A DNA stretch of 63,716 nt, filler included. It is 8 parts of 8 records of this genome, joined end to end, with 100 filler letters (N's around TTAATTAATTAA, not from the genome) between each part and the next. Parts side by side here need not be neighbours in the genome. Positions count along the whole stretch, not along the records: positions 41,869 to 49,131 come from SRR31147125_37207; positions 49,232 to 58,124 come from SRR31147125_37231; 6 more parts are not named here. One strand, given 5' to 3'. The translations under genes were made by a program, and so were the position numbers. A model generated the notes under the pieces. That model was not told where the DNA came from and did not search any database. It saw only the letters and a list, made by a program, of their open reading frames with translations. Below are positions 43,690 through 54,500 of this stretch, piece by piece. Positions within the stretch are counted from its first letter, which is position 1; every line of letters begins with the position of its first letter.

Positions 43690-45007
43690 CTATTCCTTAT
43701 TTATCAAACTTTCCGGATCAAAAACCGACATATCGTCACCCGAAAGAATGTCTAATATCTTTTCATAAAATTGCCTTATACCGGGGTGCTCTTTCTCATC
43801 CAAGAAATCTTGATGGAACAGCAAAGTAAAAACACCCTTATATCCAACAATGGTTTTTTTCAGTTTAGCAACAACGGCGTATGCTTCATCGTATCCCAAA
43901 CCGCGATAATTGAACAATGTGGCATCCATAACGATCAGTGGTATTTCCCACACGTCGATCATGCGATCGTTCTCAAAATCGAAGAGTTTAAATGGGTGGC
44001 AAAAGCTATTCCTAAATCCCTCATGAGCGGCAAAACCCAAAGTACTATCATGTTTTATTCCGCATACCTCAAGATGGCTTAAAGTATCGGGATACTTAAA
44101 GATCAGTCTGTGCTGACGATTACCACTAACGGCATTGTTTGCGACAGAATTCAATAATGCCTGATCGCCTCTCATCTTTTCGAGATTATCCGAAGATCTT
44201 ACTCCTCCGTGGATACCGATAGCATGTCCCTTACTTTCCAGCTCACGGATCAATTTTGCGATCCGTTTATCATTAAAAGAATAGTAACTGTCTTGATGTT
44301 TTACGTCTTTATTAAGAAAATAATAATAGGAATGTAGTCCGCGTTCTTTTTCTGTTTTTTCAAGATAATCAAAAGTCCACTTGGGGTTTTTCGTGTAAAA
44401 GGGATTCAACCATTTGAGCAACCAGATTATCGCCCTCCCGAAGCGTTTCTTTTTTTAAAGCACCTTTAACGGTGTGAAAGCTGTACTTGTCAATACGATC
44501 TACATCATGCGTTAAGAACAGAGAAGCTTTTTCAAAATTATTTTTTCTCTTGAAAGGAATATCATGATATTCACAATACTTGGATATAGCTTCAAACATG
44601 ATCTCAAAATACTCATTAACTATCGGACGATCGATAATGCCCAATTCATATTGAACGGATACTTCATGTGGAAAACGTCCAAGTTCATCCTTGGCGGTCG
44701 AATTAAACTCTCTGAAGCCGGATAAAAGATAAAAGGCCGATTTCATCAGATCGTGTTTAAAGATCAATGTGCCGGATTGAAATTCATAGATATTCTTTTT
44801 ATCGTCACCCGGAAATAAGATCGGTAGATCCTTGATCCATAAAACTTTAGAATGATCATAGGCTTCAGTGTTGACGGTAAAGCATATTTTACCTTCCTGT
44901 GGGATGCCGAAGCTAAATTTATCTTTTAACTCCGAAGGCATCTCGAAAAAAAGACCGAGATGATAGAGAATATACTCACGTTGTTTTATCGTTAGTGGAC
45001 CGATCAT
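43690..45007 (-). CDS. Polysaccharide deacetylase family protein (frameshift at ~44450)
   Basis: DELGRF, RPIVNEY, LTHDVD, IGIHG, GNRQHRL, DSTLGF, EIPLIVMD. Confidence 0.82.
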
Positions 45008-45085
45008 GTGTAAAACTAAATATTTATTTTTATTTAATGAATGATTTTCTTAATAAAACCATTAATGAAATCATGTTACGACTTT

Positions 45086-46033
45086 CTAGGATTGATCTTC
45101 ATGATGATAGGAGCGTCCCATAAACATAAGATCTTTTCTTGGTTCTTCCGGTAGTTTGGTGCCTTTAAGATAGGTGGTATAAAATAATTTTAGATTCTTC
45201 TTATTAAACTTGATAAGGTTTTTTAACAGGAAGAGCGCGGCACTCCCTTTAGAAAAATCCCAGCTTAATTGACAATGAAAACAATTACTGTCTTCACAAA
45301 AGAAATGTTCTTTATCATTTTCAAGAAAGTCCAGTTCAAATTCCAGCGTTGTTTTCATGTCCGTTATCTTGCTTTGGGCATTACCTACATTGCCTTTAGA
45401 TATTATGGCACCTTTTATTTTATCGTATTCGGGAATAAGGTTGAAAATACTTCTCGAACACAAACCGGCCCAATCAAGTTTGAAAACCTTTACCTCGCCC
45501 TTGTCGTTTTTAAATCGCACCCCGACTTTGGGACGTTTTTGACGATGCCCCAGCAAACCGACCGCCACATGTGTGGTTCCCACGCCAACGACATCCTTTC
45601 CAAGGATCAGACCTTTGCCGTCAATTTCAGACATAACGCGCAACGGATCATAAGCGTATGAATTTTCATCATGCACTAACATCAATTCTTTAGCCATTCT
45701 TCCTATTGCAGCGAATTTCTGTACGGGATGCCGACTAAAAACAACCTTGGGATTTTTCATGATCTCGTTCGCAACAGCACCCGCATATGAATGGGTATCA
45801 AGATCATTGACTATTTCGGGGTGTTTTTTCAGGTATTTCAATGGGTATATTTTTACAAAAGAAGAAACAACAAGCGTACCTTCTTCCCCGATCACATCCA
45901 GAATAGCTTCAATTAATGCTGCAGCACCGCCCTCCACCTTACCTATGGAGCGCATAGAGGCCTTTAAGTACAACAGGTCGCCCTGTTTTACTCCCAGATC
46001 TTTTAAATCCTTGATAAGGCTTGATTTATTCAT
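45086..46033 (-). CDS. AAC(3)/YokD-family N-acetyltransferase
   Basis: DLKDLGVKQGD, ASMRSIG..EGG, EGTLVV, SRHP, TTH; C-terminal CxxxxCxxC. Confidence 0.8.
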   Translation of the reverse strand: MNKSSLIKDLKDLGVKQGDLLYLKASMRSIGKVEGGAAALIEAILDVIGEEGTLVVSSFVKIYPLKYLKKHPEIVNDLDTHSYAGAVANEIMKNPKVVFSRHPVQKFAAIGRMAKELMLVHDENSYAYDPLRVMSEIDGKGLILGKDVVGVGTTHVAVGLLGHRQKRPKVGVRFKNDKGEVKVFKLDWAGLCSRSIFNLIPEYDKIKGAIISKGNVGNAQSKITDMKTTLEFELDFLENDKEHFFCEDSNCFHCQLSWDFSKGSAALFLLKNLIKFNKKNLKLFYTTYLKGTKLPEEPRKDLMFMGRSYHHEDQS

Positions 46034-48462
46034 TCCTTTTTACCTGTTTTATTAAATATCTTATCCCGGTTCATCAACACAAGCGAACCGAAGATCAATA
46101 TGATCATTAATACATCAGCGATCCAGACAATACCGATACCGGCGTAATAAGAAGCCGGTTTAAAATCCATAATTAGTTTATATGATCCTGCCGGAAGCTC
46201 TGCACCACGAAGAGCATAATTACTTTGAATAATGGTTAATTCTTCATCATCTTTCAGTAATTTCCATCCTTCCGGATAATACATCTCAGAAAAAACCGCA
46301 AACTGTGTTTCTTCCAGTTCAACATCAAATTCCATGCGATTGGGTGTATTCAAGGTCAATTTGATACTGCCTTCAGCAGAGTATGTTGCTGATTCACCTT
46401 CTGACAGTAAAACTTCGTTTACGGGATCGAATTCATTCGAATTCATGTAACGCAGCATATCGGCATTTTTTTCAATGATATGCGTTTTTTCTATCAACCA
46501 GGCCTTGGGCAGAGCCGATGGATTAAGATACAATATCTCGCCCCTGGATTCATCTGAGGCTACAGGGACCAAGCGTTCATCGGGATAACGGCCCGGTACA
46601 ATAATATATTTACCACCTAACATGTCAATGACATTCCAATTCAAACGCCCTCCCGGGAACAGACAGTGATCCCGCAGATCTTGAATGGTCTGCAATTTGA
46701 TCGCCGAGTATCCGGAGATCGTGGGATAAAAATAAGAATAGTGATTACTGTCCTGACCCAGAGCATAAACTCGTGCGTCTTTGTTTTGAGTTGCCAGATA
46801 ACGTGTAATATCCGACTGCCTGAATTCCCTGCGTTCTAGGCTCTTGGGATTTCCCAGCGGTATATTTTTATATGCACGATTGGTGACGGACATCAATTCC
46901 AGAGAGATCAAAACACCGATCAATACATACGTAAGGCTTGCTTTCAGCTTCTTGAAAGCAAGTAAGAGTAAAACTCCGCCGGTCGCCAGCACAAGCAAGA
47001 TAGCTTTCAACAAATCGGCTTGTAGCATTTCTTTGCGGATATTTCTGATCATTTCCATGCTCTGGGCGCCATATTTTGCCATTTCCCCTGCCTTTTCGTA
47101 GGCGAAACCGCCGCTGAAAAGGTAAATAACCAGCAATAAACCCACCGCAGAACCAAAGAGATAAGCAATCTCTTTCCATTCTCGATTCGATGCTTTTTCG
47201 ATCAAGGCTTTAATACCATAAGCGGCCAGAATGATCAAGGCTAAAAAGATCACGTTCATGATCATCGACGGCACGCGGAATTTGTTAAAATATGGCACAA
47301 TATTGAAAAATAGTTTGTACAGTGGTAAGAAATGTCTGCCGAGCCCCAATAAAATTGCGAAGCCGGAAAAGATACTCAGTCCCCTGACAAATCCATCTTT
47401 TTTCCAATATGCCCAAATACCGTAAAGCGCAAAGATAAATATCAGCATGCCTACAAAATCATAGGATTGCGTAAAGGGCATTTCTCCCCAGTAACCGGGA
47501 ATAGCTTTTCCTTCAAGATGGGGGTATGTGTTTCCGGTATATGTTTCTTGCGATAACCCGCCCGCAAAATGTGGGATGACAAAAGATGCGATGCCTTTGC
47601 CGTCCAGCGACCATTTCGTTGCGTAATCCAATCCCGCACCTTTTGTTTCTTCTGCCGCTACAGTACCTTCTTTCATTTGAACAGCATTTCCACCACGGGT
47701 TGAATGCGGGGTATATTCCTGAAGAGAAATAAAGGGTTGGCTGGATACGGCAATGGTCAGAACAATGGCAACGGACACTTTCAACGCCAATTGACCGAAA
47801 TCATTCCACTCTTTCCTGAACATCATTTTTACAGCAGGAACCAAATATAAAAACAGCAATATCAGGATAGCGTAAAATGTAACTTGAACATGCTGTGTTC
47901 TTACCAGCCAGGAGAAGATCAAAGCAAAAAAGCCCACAGACAGCCAGGAACGTTTATCCAGTAAATAATTAAAGCTCAGGATCATCCAGGGTAGAACCAT
48001 GAAAGCCCTTAATTTGGCAAAATGTCCCACATGTAAAAGAGCCATCCAATGCGGTAGCAACATATAGGCAAGAGCTGGGATCAAAGCGATATACCAAGGT
48101 AGTTTTCGATATTTCAATAAGAAAAATACACCGAGTGCGCCAAGTAGGTAATACCAGAAATACAGGTAAACACCCTTGCCCAGGAACGAGATCAGAGTAT
48201 CTATATGCATGGTGCCGGGCGTGATCCTGGGATACACCGGCATACCGGCAAAAATATTTGGATTCCACAGGGCTCTTTCACTGCTTTCTTCCTGATATTT
48301 CACATATAAATTTGTGTTTCCCTTTGAGGCAGAGATATCAACACCGGCGGGTCGTTGTCCCTGAAAGATCATTGGGGAAAAGAAATAGAATAAAGGGATA
48401 AGTAAAACTACGGCAATGATCAGCGGTTTTACCCATTTGCGTGTATTTTTAAGCTCAGACAT
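46030..48462 (-). CDS. YfhO-family multi-TM (GT-C-like) protein
   Basis: LWNPNIFAGMP, HVQVTFY, YNKFR-type motif (YFNKFRVP), SEMYYPEGW, NYALRG. Confidence 0.85.
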   Translation of the reverse strand: MSELKNTRKWVKPLIIAVVLLIPLFYFFSPMIFQGQRPAGVDISASKGNTNLYVKYQEESSERALWNPNIFAGMPVYPRITPGTMHIDTLISFLGKGVYLYFWYYLLGALGVFFLLKYRKLPWYIALIPALAYMLLPHWMALLHVGHFAKLRAFMVLPWMILSFNYLLDKRSWLSVGFFALIFSWLVRTQHVQVTFYAILILLFLYLVPAVKMMFRKEWNDFGQLALKVSVAIVLTIAVSSQPFISLQEYTPHSTRGGNAVQMKEGTVAAEETKGAGLDYATKWSLDGKGIASFVIPHFAGGLSQETYTGNTYPHLEGKAIPGYWGEMPFTQSYDFVGMLIFIFALYGIWAYWKKDGFVRGLSIFSGFAILLGLGRHFLPLYKLFFNIVPYFNKFRVPSMIMNVIFLALIILAAYGIKALIEKASNREWKEIAYLFGSAVGLLLVIYLFSGGFAYEKAGEMAKYGAQSMEMIRNIRKEMLQADLLKAILLVLATGGVLLLLAFKKLKASLTYVLIGVLISLELMSVTNRAYKNIPLGNPKSLERREFRQSDITRYLATQNKDARVYALGQDSNHYSYFYPTISGYSAIKLQTIQDLRDHCLFPGGRLNWNVIDMLGGKYIIVPGRYPDERLVPVASDESRGEILYLNPSALPKAWLIEKTHIIEKNADMLRYMNSNEFDPVNEVLLSEGESATYSAEGSIKLTLNTPNRMEFDVELEETQFAVFSEMYYPEGWKLLKDDEELTIIQSNYALRGAELPAGSYKLIMDFKPASYYAGIGIVWIADVLMIILIFGSLVLMNRDKIFNKTGKKE

Positions 48463-48474
48463 AATGTCTCCTGT

Positions 48475-49131
48475 CTATTTGTAATAGTTTTTTACAAATC
48501 CGGTTTTCTGCTTTCCACCAAAGATCACCCGGCGGATATATGCTCCGCCAAAACCCAATCCGTACCCCAGTATCTGGATTGGAACCACAAGGGGAATAAA
48601 AAAGAAAACCCTGATGTCTTTATATTTAAATATCCCGTGAACAGCCATCAATAGCAACATGCCGATCCCGGCAAGTAAAAGCGGCCATAGAACAGAAGGC
48701 CAAATAGCGAGGCAGATCAGGAATCCAATGATAAAGGAGGTGCCCAAAAAAGGGAAAAAATGAATGAATTCCAACATACCTTTATCGATCTTATAGAGAT
48801 TGATGCGGGCAACACCCCAATTGTAAACCTGTTTAAAGAAGCGCCAAAGCGAGGTTCTGCGTTTATGGAAAACAATAGCTTCTATCACCTTTACGGTTTC
48901 ACCTTGTGAGCGGATGCGGTGAGTAAATTCGATGTCCTGGCCATGGCGCAGGGTTCCGAATCCGCCGATCTTATCGTAAACTTCAGCGTGAACGCCCATA
49001 TTGAATGAGCGGGGATAGTATTTTGATATCTTTTTCTTGGAAGAACCACGAATTCCACCGGTTGTGATAAATGAGGTCATAGAATAATCGATGGATTTCT
49101 GCAATGGCGAAAAATCGGAGCGAACCTTGTC
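48475..49131 (-). CDS. Glycosyltransferase family 2 (5' truncated)
   Basis: PRSFNMG, GGF...GQDIEF, VFHKRRTS, C-terminal TM helices. Confidence 0.85.
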   Translation of the reverse strand, partial: DKVRSDFSPLQKSIDYSMTSFITTGGIRGSSKKKISKYYPRSFNMGVHAEVYDKIGGFGTLRHGQDIEFTHRIRSQGETVKVIEAIVFHKRRTSLWRFFKQVYNWGVARINLYKIDKGMLEFIHFFPFLGTSFIIGFLICLAIWPSVLWPLLLAGIGMLLLMAVHGIFKYKDIRVFFFIPLVVPIQILGYGLGFGGAYIRRVIFGGKQKTGFVKNYYK

Positions 49132-49231
49132 NNNNNNNNNNNNNNNNNNNNNNNNNNNNNNNNNNNNNNNNNNNNTTAATTAATTAANNNNNNNNNNNNN
49201 NNNNNNNNNNNNNNNNNNNNNNNNNNNNNNN
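49132..49231. other. Artificial contig spacer
   Basis: N-run + TTAATTAATTAA + N-run. Confidence 0.97.
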
Positions 49232-49960
49232 GTCCGCGTCGGTGTGTACGAGGGGAGACGGGACGCGGCGAGGAGTCTTATGCTCATCGGATGGATCAGG
49301 CGGAGATCCTTGCAGACATTGCGTTGGCTCCCTTTGAGGCGATGAAGGTGAAGATGCAAGTGACTCCAGGCTACGCCACAACAATGCGGCAGGCGTTCCC
49401 CAAGATGTGCGTGTACCACTTCCCTTATCAATGGTTCTTAGTGGCTGCAGGCTCGCGGAAGAGGGAATGGGTGCATTCTACAAGGGACTCGTCCCCCTGT
49501 GGATGCGGCAAGTGCCCTACACAATGATGAAGTTCGCTGCCTTCGAGAGAACTGTCGAAGCGTTCTACACGTACCTTGTCCCGAAACCCAAGGACCAATG
49601 TACCAAGAGCGAGCAACTGGCGGTTACCTTTGCCTCTGGATACATCGCAGGCGTGTTGTGTGCCCTCGTCTCGCACCCGGCCGATACGATCGTCTCCAAG
49701 CTCAATCAATTCAAGACAACGGGCGGGACTGCTAAGGCCATTCGTGCCATTCTTCGAAGCACGGGATTCCGTGGGATCTGGCGCGGCCTTGCTCCCCGAA
49801 TCATCATGATCGGAACCCTAACAGGCCTGCAGTGGTTCATCTACGATTCTTTCAAGGTTACAATGGGCCTGTACGTTTTCTGTGTTTGTCCTGTTTGCCA
49901 CACTCTGAAAGACAACACAGGCCATCGTCCGGTGCCTCTGGCGAGAAGAAGAAGGAATGA
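49232..49960 (+). CDS. Eukaryotic mitochondrial phosphate carrier (SLC25A3/Mir1/Pic2 type), 5' truncated, 3 introns
   Basis: Removing GT-AG introns 49242-49299, 49407-49450 and 49871-49920 gives SASAEILADIALAPFEAMKVKMQ...RQVPYTMMKF...SHPADT...PRIIMIGTLTGLQWFIYD...GEKKKE*. Confidence 0.92.
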
Positions 49961-49998
49961 AGAAGGGGTGGGGTGTTGTCGGTGTTGACGGAAAAGAA

Positions 49999-51555
49999 TC
50001 AGTTCGTTCGATTCAGTGAAGCATTACACAGCCTGGCAATAAGACCAGAGAGCTGAAGAATGGAGTCAACTCCCTCCACCACACGCATGTTGGCGAATCC
50101 GATGAGCTGTTTGGTGTTTGAGATGTTGTTTGCCTTTCACACACACACACACACAGCTGCCTGCCTGTACCTTGAGAAATTCCAGTTTAATATCCTCATC
50201 CATGGTGTAGTTCTTCACAATACGAAAGATCGTGCCGACAATGTCCTGGGGAGAGTAGCTGGAAGTGGTGAAGGGGAACGTCATTCTCACCCCTACGTGC
50301 ACATCACATGTACGCACCCTGCACTCCATAGTTCACGAAGATTACAACATGCTCCATCGATATTCCCTTCCAGACAATATTTGATCATCGTCTGGACGGT
50401 CAATGGATGTGGCTGGTCGCACACCTTGACCACACTGTATCATCATCCACACGATCCATACACCACACGCCTCACCTTGAACACGTTGTCGGCATTGACA
50501 TGTTGAAAACCAGTCCATGTTGATTGAAGGTTATTGAGAGCCTACCCACGGTGCAAGCAGATCTTTCATCAGCACCGCGTACACATACACACACATACAT
50601 ACCTGTCGCATATCACCCTCGGCAGTGAAGATAATGGCTTCTAGTCCTTTCTCTGTCCACGTAACCTTCTCTGCCTCGCACACTTCTTGCAAACGTTTGA
50701 GGACCTGTGCATTCATTACCATCATAGTCCCTCGCCCGTGTTCGTATCATTCATACTTGTCCGTCCGACAATCGCGTGAATCGTACAATTGCACAACGAG
50801 ATTGAATGGGTTCAATGATCTTGGAGGATTGATTGCAAGCTATGCATGGGTGGGTGGAGTGCGTGTGTGAGTGGGAAACACCAACCAAGGGCAAAGCGTG
50901 TTGTGTTACTGTAGATCTCCATAGTTCGGCGCAGAGCTTGTTGCGCAGCGTCTGTCATGCTGGAGAGCAAGTTGGATGACTGCATTTGATCACACTCTCT
51001 TCCTTCACCTGTCTGCTTCGTCGAGAATCACAACCTTATGACGACCCGAAGGCAGGGTCACCTTCTTCTGAGCAAACATCTTGATCTTATTCCGCACGAC
51101 GTCAATCCCCCTAAGGAATGTATGGGAAATGTAGATCCATCCACCCACACCCCACATCCCACACCCCACCAACCGGTCATCAGACGCATTGAGTTCAAGA
51201 ACAGCGTCGCGCAAGGATGGACCAAGCAACTGACGAGCAAGACACAGAATACTTGTTGTCTTTCCTGTCCCAGGAGGGCCCTGGGAGACACAGGAGTGGG
51301 TGTGTCTCATCCTCCACAAAGACGTTTCGCCTCCGCACCGCCAGAATAATGTTGGGAAGGTTCCCGTCTTCCGCAATGACCTGGTTGGTGGTGTGCCAGC
51401 GTGTCATACCTTCCTTCTTCTCGTTTCCCATATCTTCATCACACCTTCAGTCGGGCCACAGCCTCCTCGTTCCCTACGACGTCACTGACCACCAGAGGTC
51501 TGTACTTCTCAACCCAGGGGAGTTCATACGAGCCAGAGGAAGACTCCTCCACCAT
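49999..51555 (-). CDS. RFC2: Replication factor C small subunit (human RFC2 / yeast Rfc4 type), 11 exons
   Basis: Spliced product: MVEE...[66 protein letters not shown]. Ten short GT-AG introns (e.g. 51381-51444, 51281-51338, 51111-51173, 50960-51008). Confidence 0.93.
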
Positions 51556-51598
51556 GACACCAGGGAGGCAATGACAGCGATCAAACAAACGTGTACAA

Positions 51599-54500
51599 CT
51601 AAGGAAGGAAGAAGAAGTCGCCCTCTACACCATCACCCCACCCCCTATCACGTCTACGGTTGCTTGGATGATCCGGATCGGCGTCGCGTCGACCTCGTTC
51701 CCCCCATCGAGGAGCAGCAGCAGCAGCAGGAGCAGCAGCAGGAGCAGCAGCAGCCCCGTTCGGACGATGGATCAGTTGTGTCTGACTGTTCTCTGTGGGG
51801 AAAGGATCGGCCCCATACTCTTCCACTCCAGCGTCTCGTCCTATGCGAACAGGACCAAGTCCTCCTCCAAGGCGTGCAAGACTTGCTCTCTCGTGTTCGG
51901 ATATGGTGGAGGTCAGTCGCTCGTACGTCTCATCATCAACACTTGCATCCCAGTTCGCAGGACTACTACCCTTCTGTTCAAGCCATGGGCGGTGCTGAGG
52001 TTGAAGGCCACCCATAGGCGGCATCGTTTCAACACGCATGGTCCGTGTCCCTCCACCACCACCAACAGCAGGTGCCGCTGCCATGGAGGTCATCTCGATA
52101 GTGCCAGGAGAAGGTCCCTGGCCCCGTGGATCAGCTTGGGAAGGGGACACTTCTGCCGTCGATCTGTACCGAGACGCGTTAGAGGCTTTCTTCCCATCCA
52201 CAACACCGCAACCCACCTGTCCACAACATTGCTATCTTGTGCGGGTGGAAACAGCTCCTCATCATGAATGACAGGATCACTCACGGCACGCGCAGGTCGT
52301 GATGCATCTTCGGATGATCCCGAACGCTTGATGTGCACAGGAAGGGTAATGGGTTCTTGCAAACGACCACGGAAGAATTTGATACGACGCTCACGGTTCT
52401 CACGCCACTTGCGCTCTACTTCCACCTTCTCAGCAAGCCCTTTCTCACCACTCTTCGTTTCATCGAACTTATCCACCGTCTCTCCTGAATCAAAGTACTT
52501 CCTGCGAACAACCCTTCCGATACGATAGAGATGGAACAAAATGAACCCTCCAATTGCAGCAAAGTTGAGTGAGATGGCGACGTATCCAACCGCTGTCTGC
52601 TGGTCGCTATTCGCAACAGTCTCACCCATCCACAGGACCAAAATGACATTGCCGATATGCATAACCGTTAGGAAGACATCCAGATAGAGGAACCCATATT
52701 CAACGTAGGGACGACGCCAGAGAATGATACCCAGGTAGACAACCTTGATAATGCAAATCAAGATAATCTGGGTCATCCATTCCTCCTGCAGAAGCCCGAG
52801 CACCAGACCAATGAGGAGTACCTTTGTCAGAAAGACTGTCTTGAACCAGTAATTCGCCTCATTGAACTGATTGTACAGGGGACCAAAGCGGCCATGGAAC
52901 TGTGGGTCGCCAAGGCGATGCTTGGATCGAAACAGAAAGGCGAGGGCAATAACGGGCAGCGAAATACAGAAAAGAAGAAAAACAACTGCTGCCAGAGATG
53001 TGGATGTTGCATTCCGGTCTCCACTGCCCTCCAGCCACATCTGGAAGGTTGCCGTTGTACATAGACTGAAGTAGAGAAGCAGAACAAGGCGAGAAGGTAG
53101 AGCAACCAGGAAATTCCGGATTACATCCGTATAGGTTTCGCGTCGAACACTAACGTGATCGACTTTCGTTGCGAGTGCCGGAACAAGTCCTCGGATCAAC
53201 AGAAGCAGAACGACTACTGCACCCACCAGCACCACTACCCAAAAGACATTTGCCAGAAAGAGTTGATCCGGTTCCATGTTCAGTTCTGAGGCATAGCGGA
53301 ACAGACCGCGCAGGGTTTGGGTTGTGGCCTCCACACCCCCACTCCACGGGGCCTCAAAGCCTGCATTGGCCCATTGAACAGATTCTCCGAAGGAAACGTA
53401 GTTTTCAGGCAGACTCGCACCCACAAGAACCGTTCCGGCAACAAATTGATAGTGGGTAACAATCGCAGAGGCCGAGTCGAGTGACGCACTGGCATCTCCC
53501 GACAGGACTCCAGATGTTGACGAGGCACCTGCCGAGCCGGCAGCTGAGCTGCCCGCCGTGGCGGAGGAGATCGTAGCCACAACCGCTGCGGTGGCGGCTA
53601 CCCCCGTTCCCGATCCCACAATGGAGGTGGCTGTGTCAAGCAGACTTTGGACCGTACAAGCTGGTCCCGAGAATCCATCCTCACAGACGCACGAACTCAG
53701 ACCTTCCCCAGCCTTTTCACACGTCCCGTGCTCCCCGCAGTCGGGAAGACACAACGGTAGTGTTGAGGCAGTTATGTCTGCGAAGGGAGAAAATCCTGCA
53801 TCATTCCGGACACGAACGCGTGCGGTCACCGAAGTTGCAGCGGCGAATCCCGACAACCAGAGAGACGTTTCATTTAGCTCAGGTGTGGCAACCAGGGTGA
53901 ATGAGTCTGTCTCACTAATGCTTGTCGCCACCTCAAATGACAACAGAGGAAGAGCCGATGGCGGGTCTTCGTCCTCCGGGACAGCCCAATTGAGTGTCAG
54001 AGCGTTTGTAGATATGTTGTTGATCAGCAAACCTGTAGGTGCATTCTGTGGTTCTCGGCCCACTGTGAACTCGACTGCTTCACCGATCACGGGCACCCCA
54101 TGGCCACCCACAGATACACTCACGCCTAAGCGTGTGTTTGGATCCGGAGGCGTGTCAAAGGCCGTCGTGACACACGTCACCGTTGTATCGCTTTGGAGAC
54201 TTGTGATGTTACAGGGCGCAGTCGAAACGGAGGCACGTTCACTTGCTGGAGAGGAGGTGGCAACCATTTCGATGGCAAGATCTTCCTCACGTACCATCGA
54301 GAACCCAGATCCCAAGATTGTAATGGTCTGACCACCATCCAGGTTCCCAAACAGTGGCGAGACTCCGGAAAGTAACACCTCACGGTAGGTGAAGGTCCCT
54401 CCTGTGTACATGGCACCATCTATCCGAACCATGACTGGGATCGCTTCGTTAACAACACCACTGGGAGGGGGCTAGGGAGAGGATCGGTATCACAGAGCAC

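Noticed and set aside
45086..46033. Aminoglycoside resistance gene
   Set aside because: Only fold-level AAC(3) similarity, inside a glycan-modification cluster with no mobile context.
51217..52267. Plus-strand poly-Q/poly-S ORFs
   Set aside because: Antisense shadows of the RFC gene and of the giant membrane protein's low-complexity tail.
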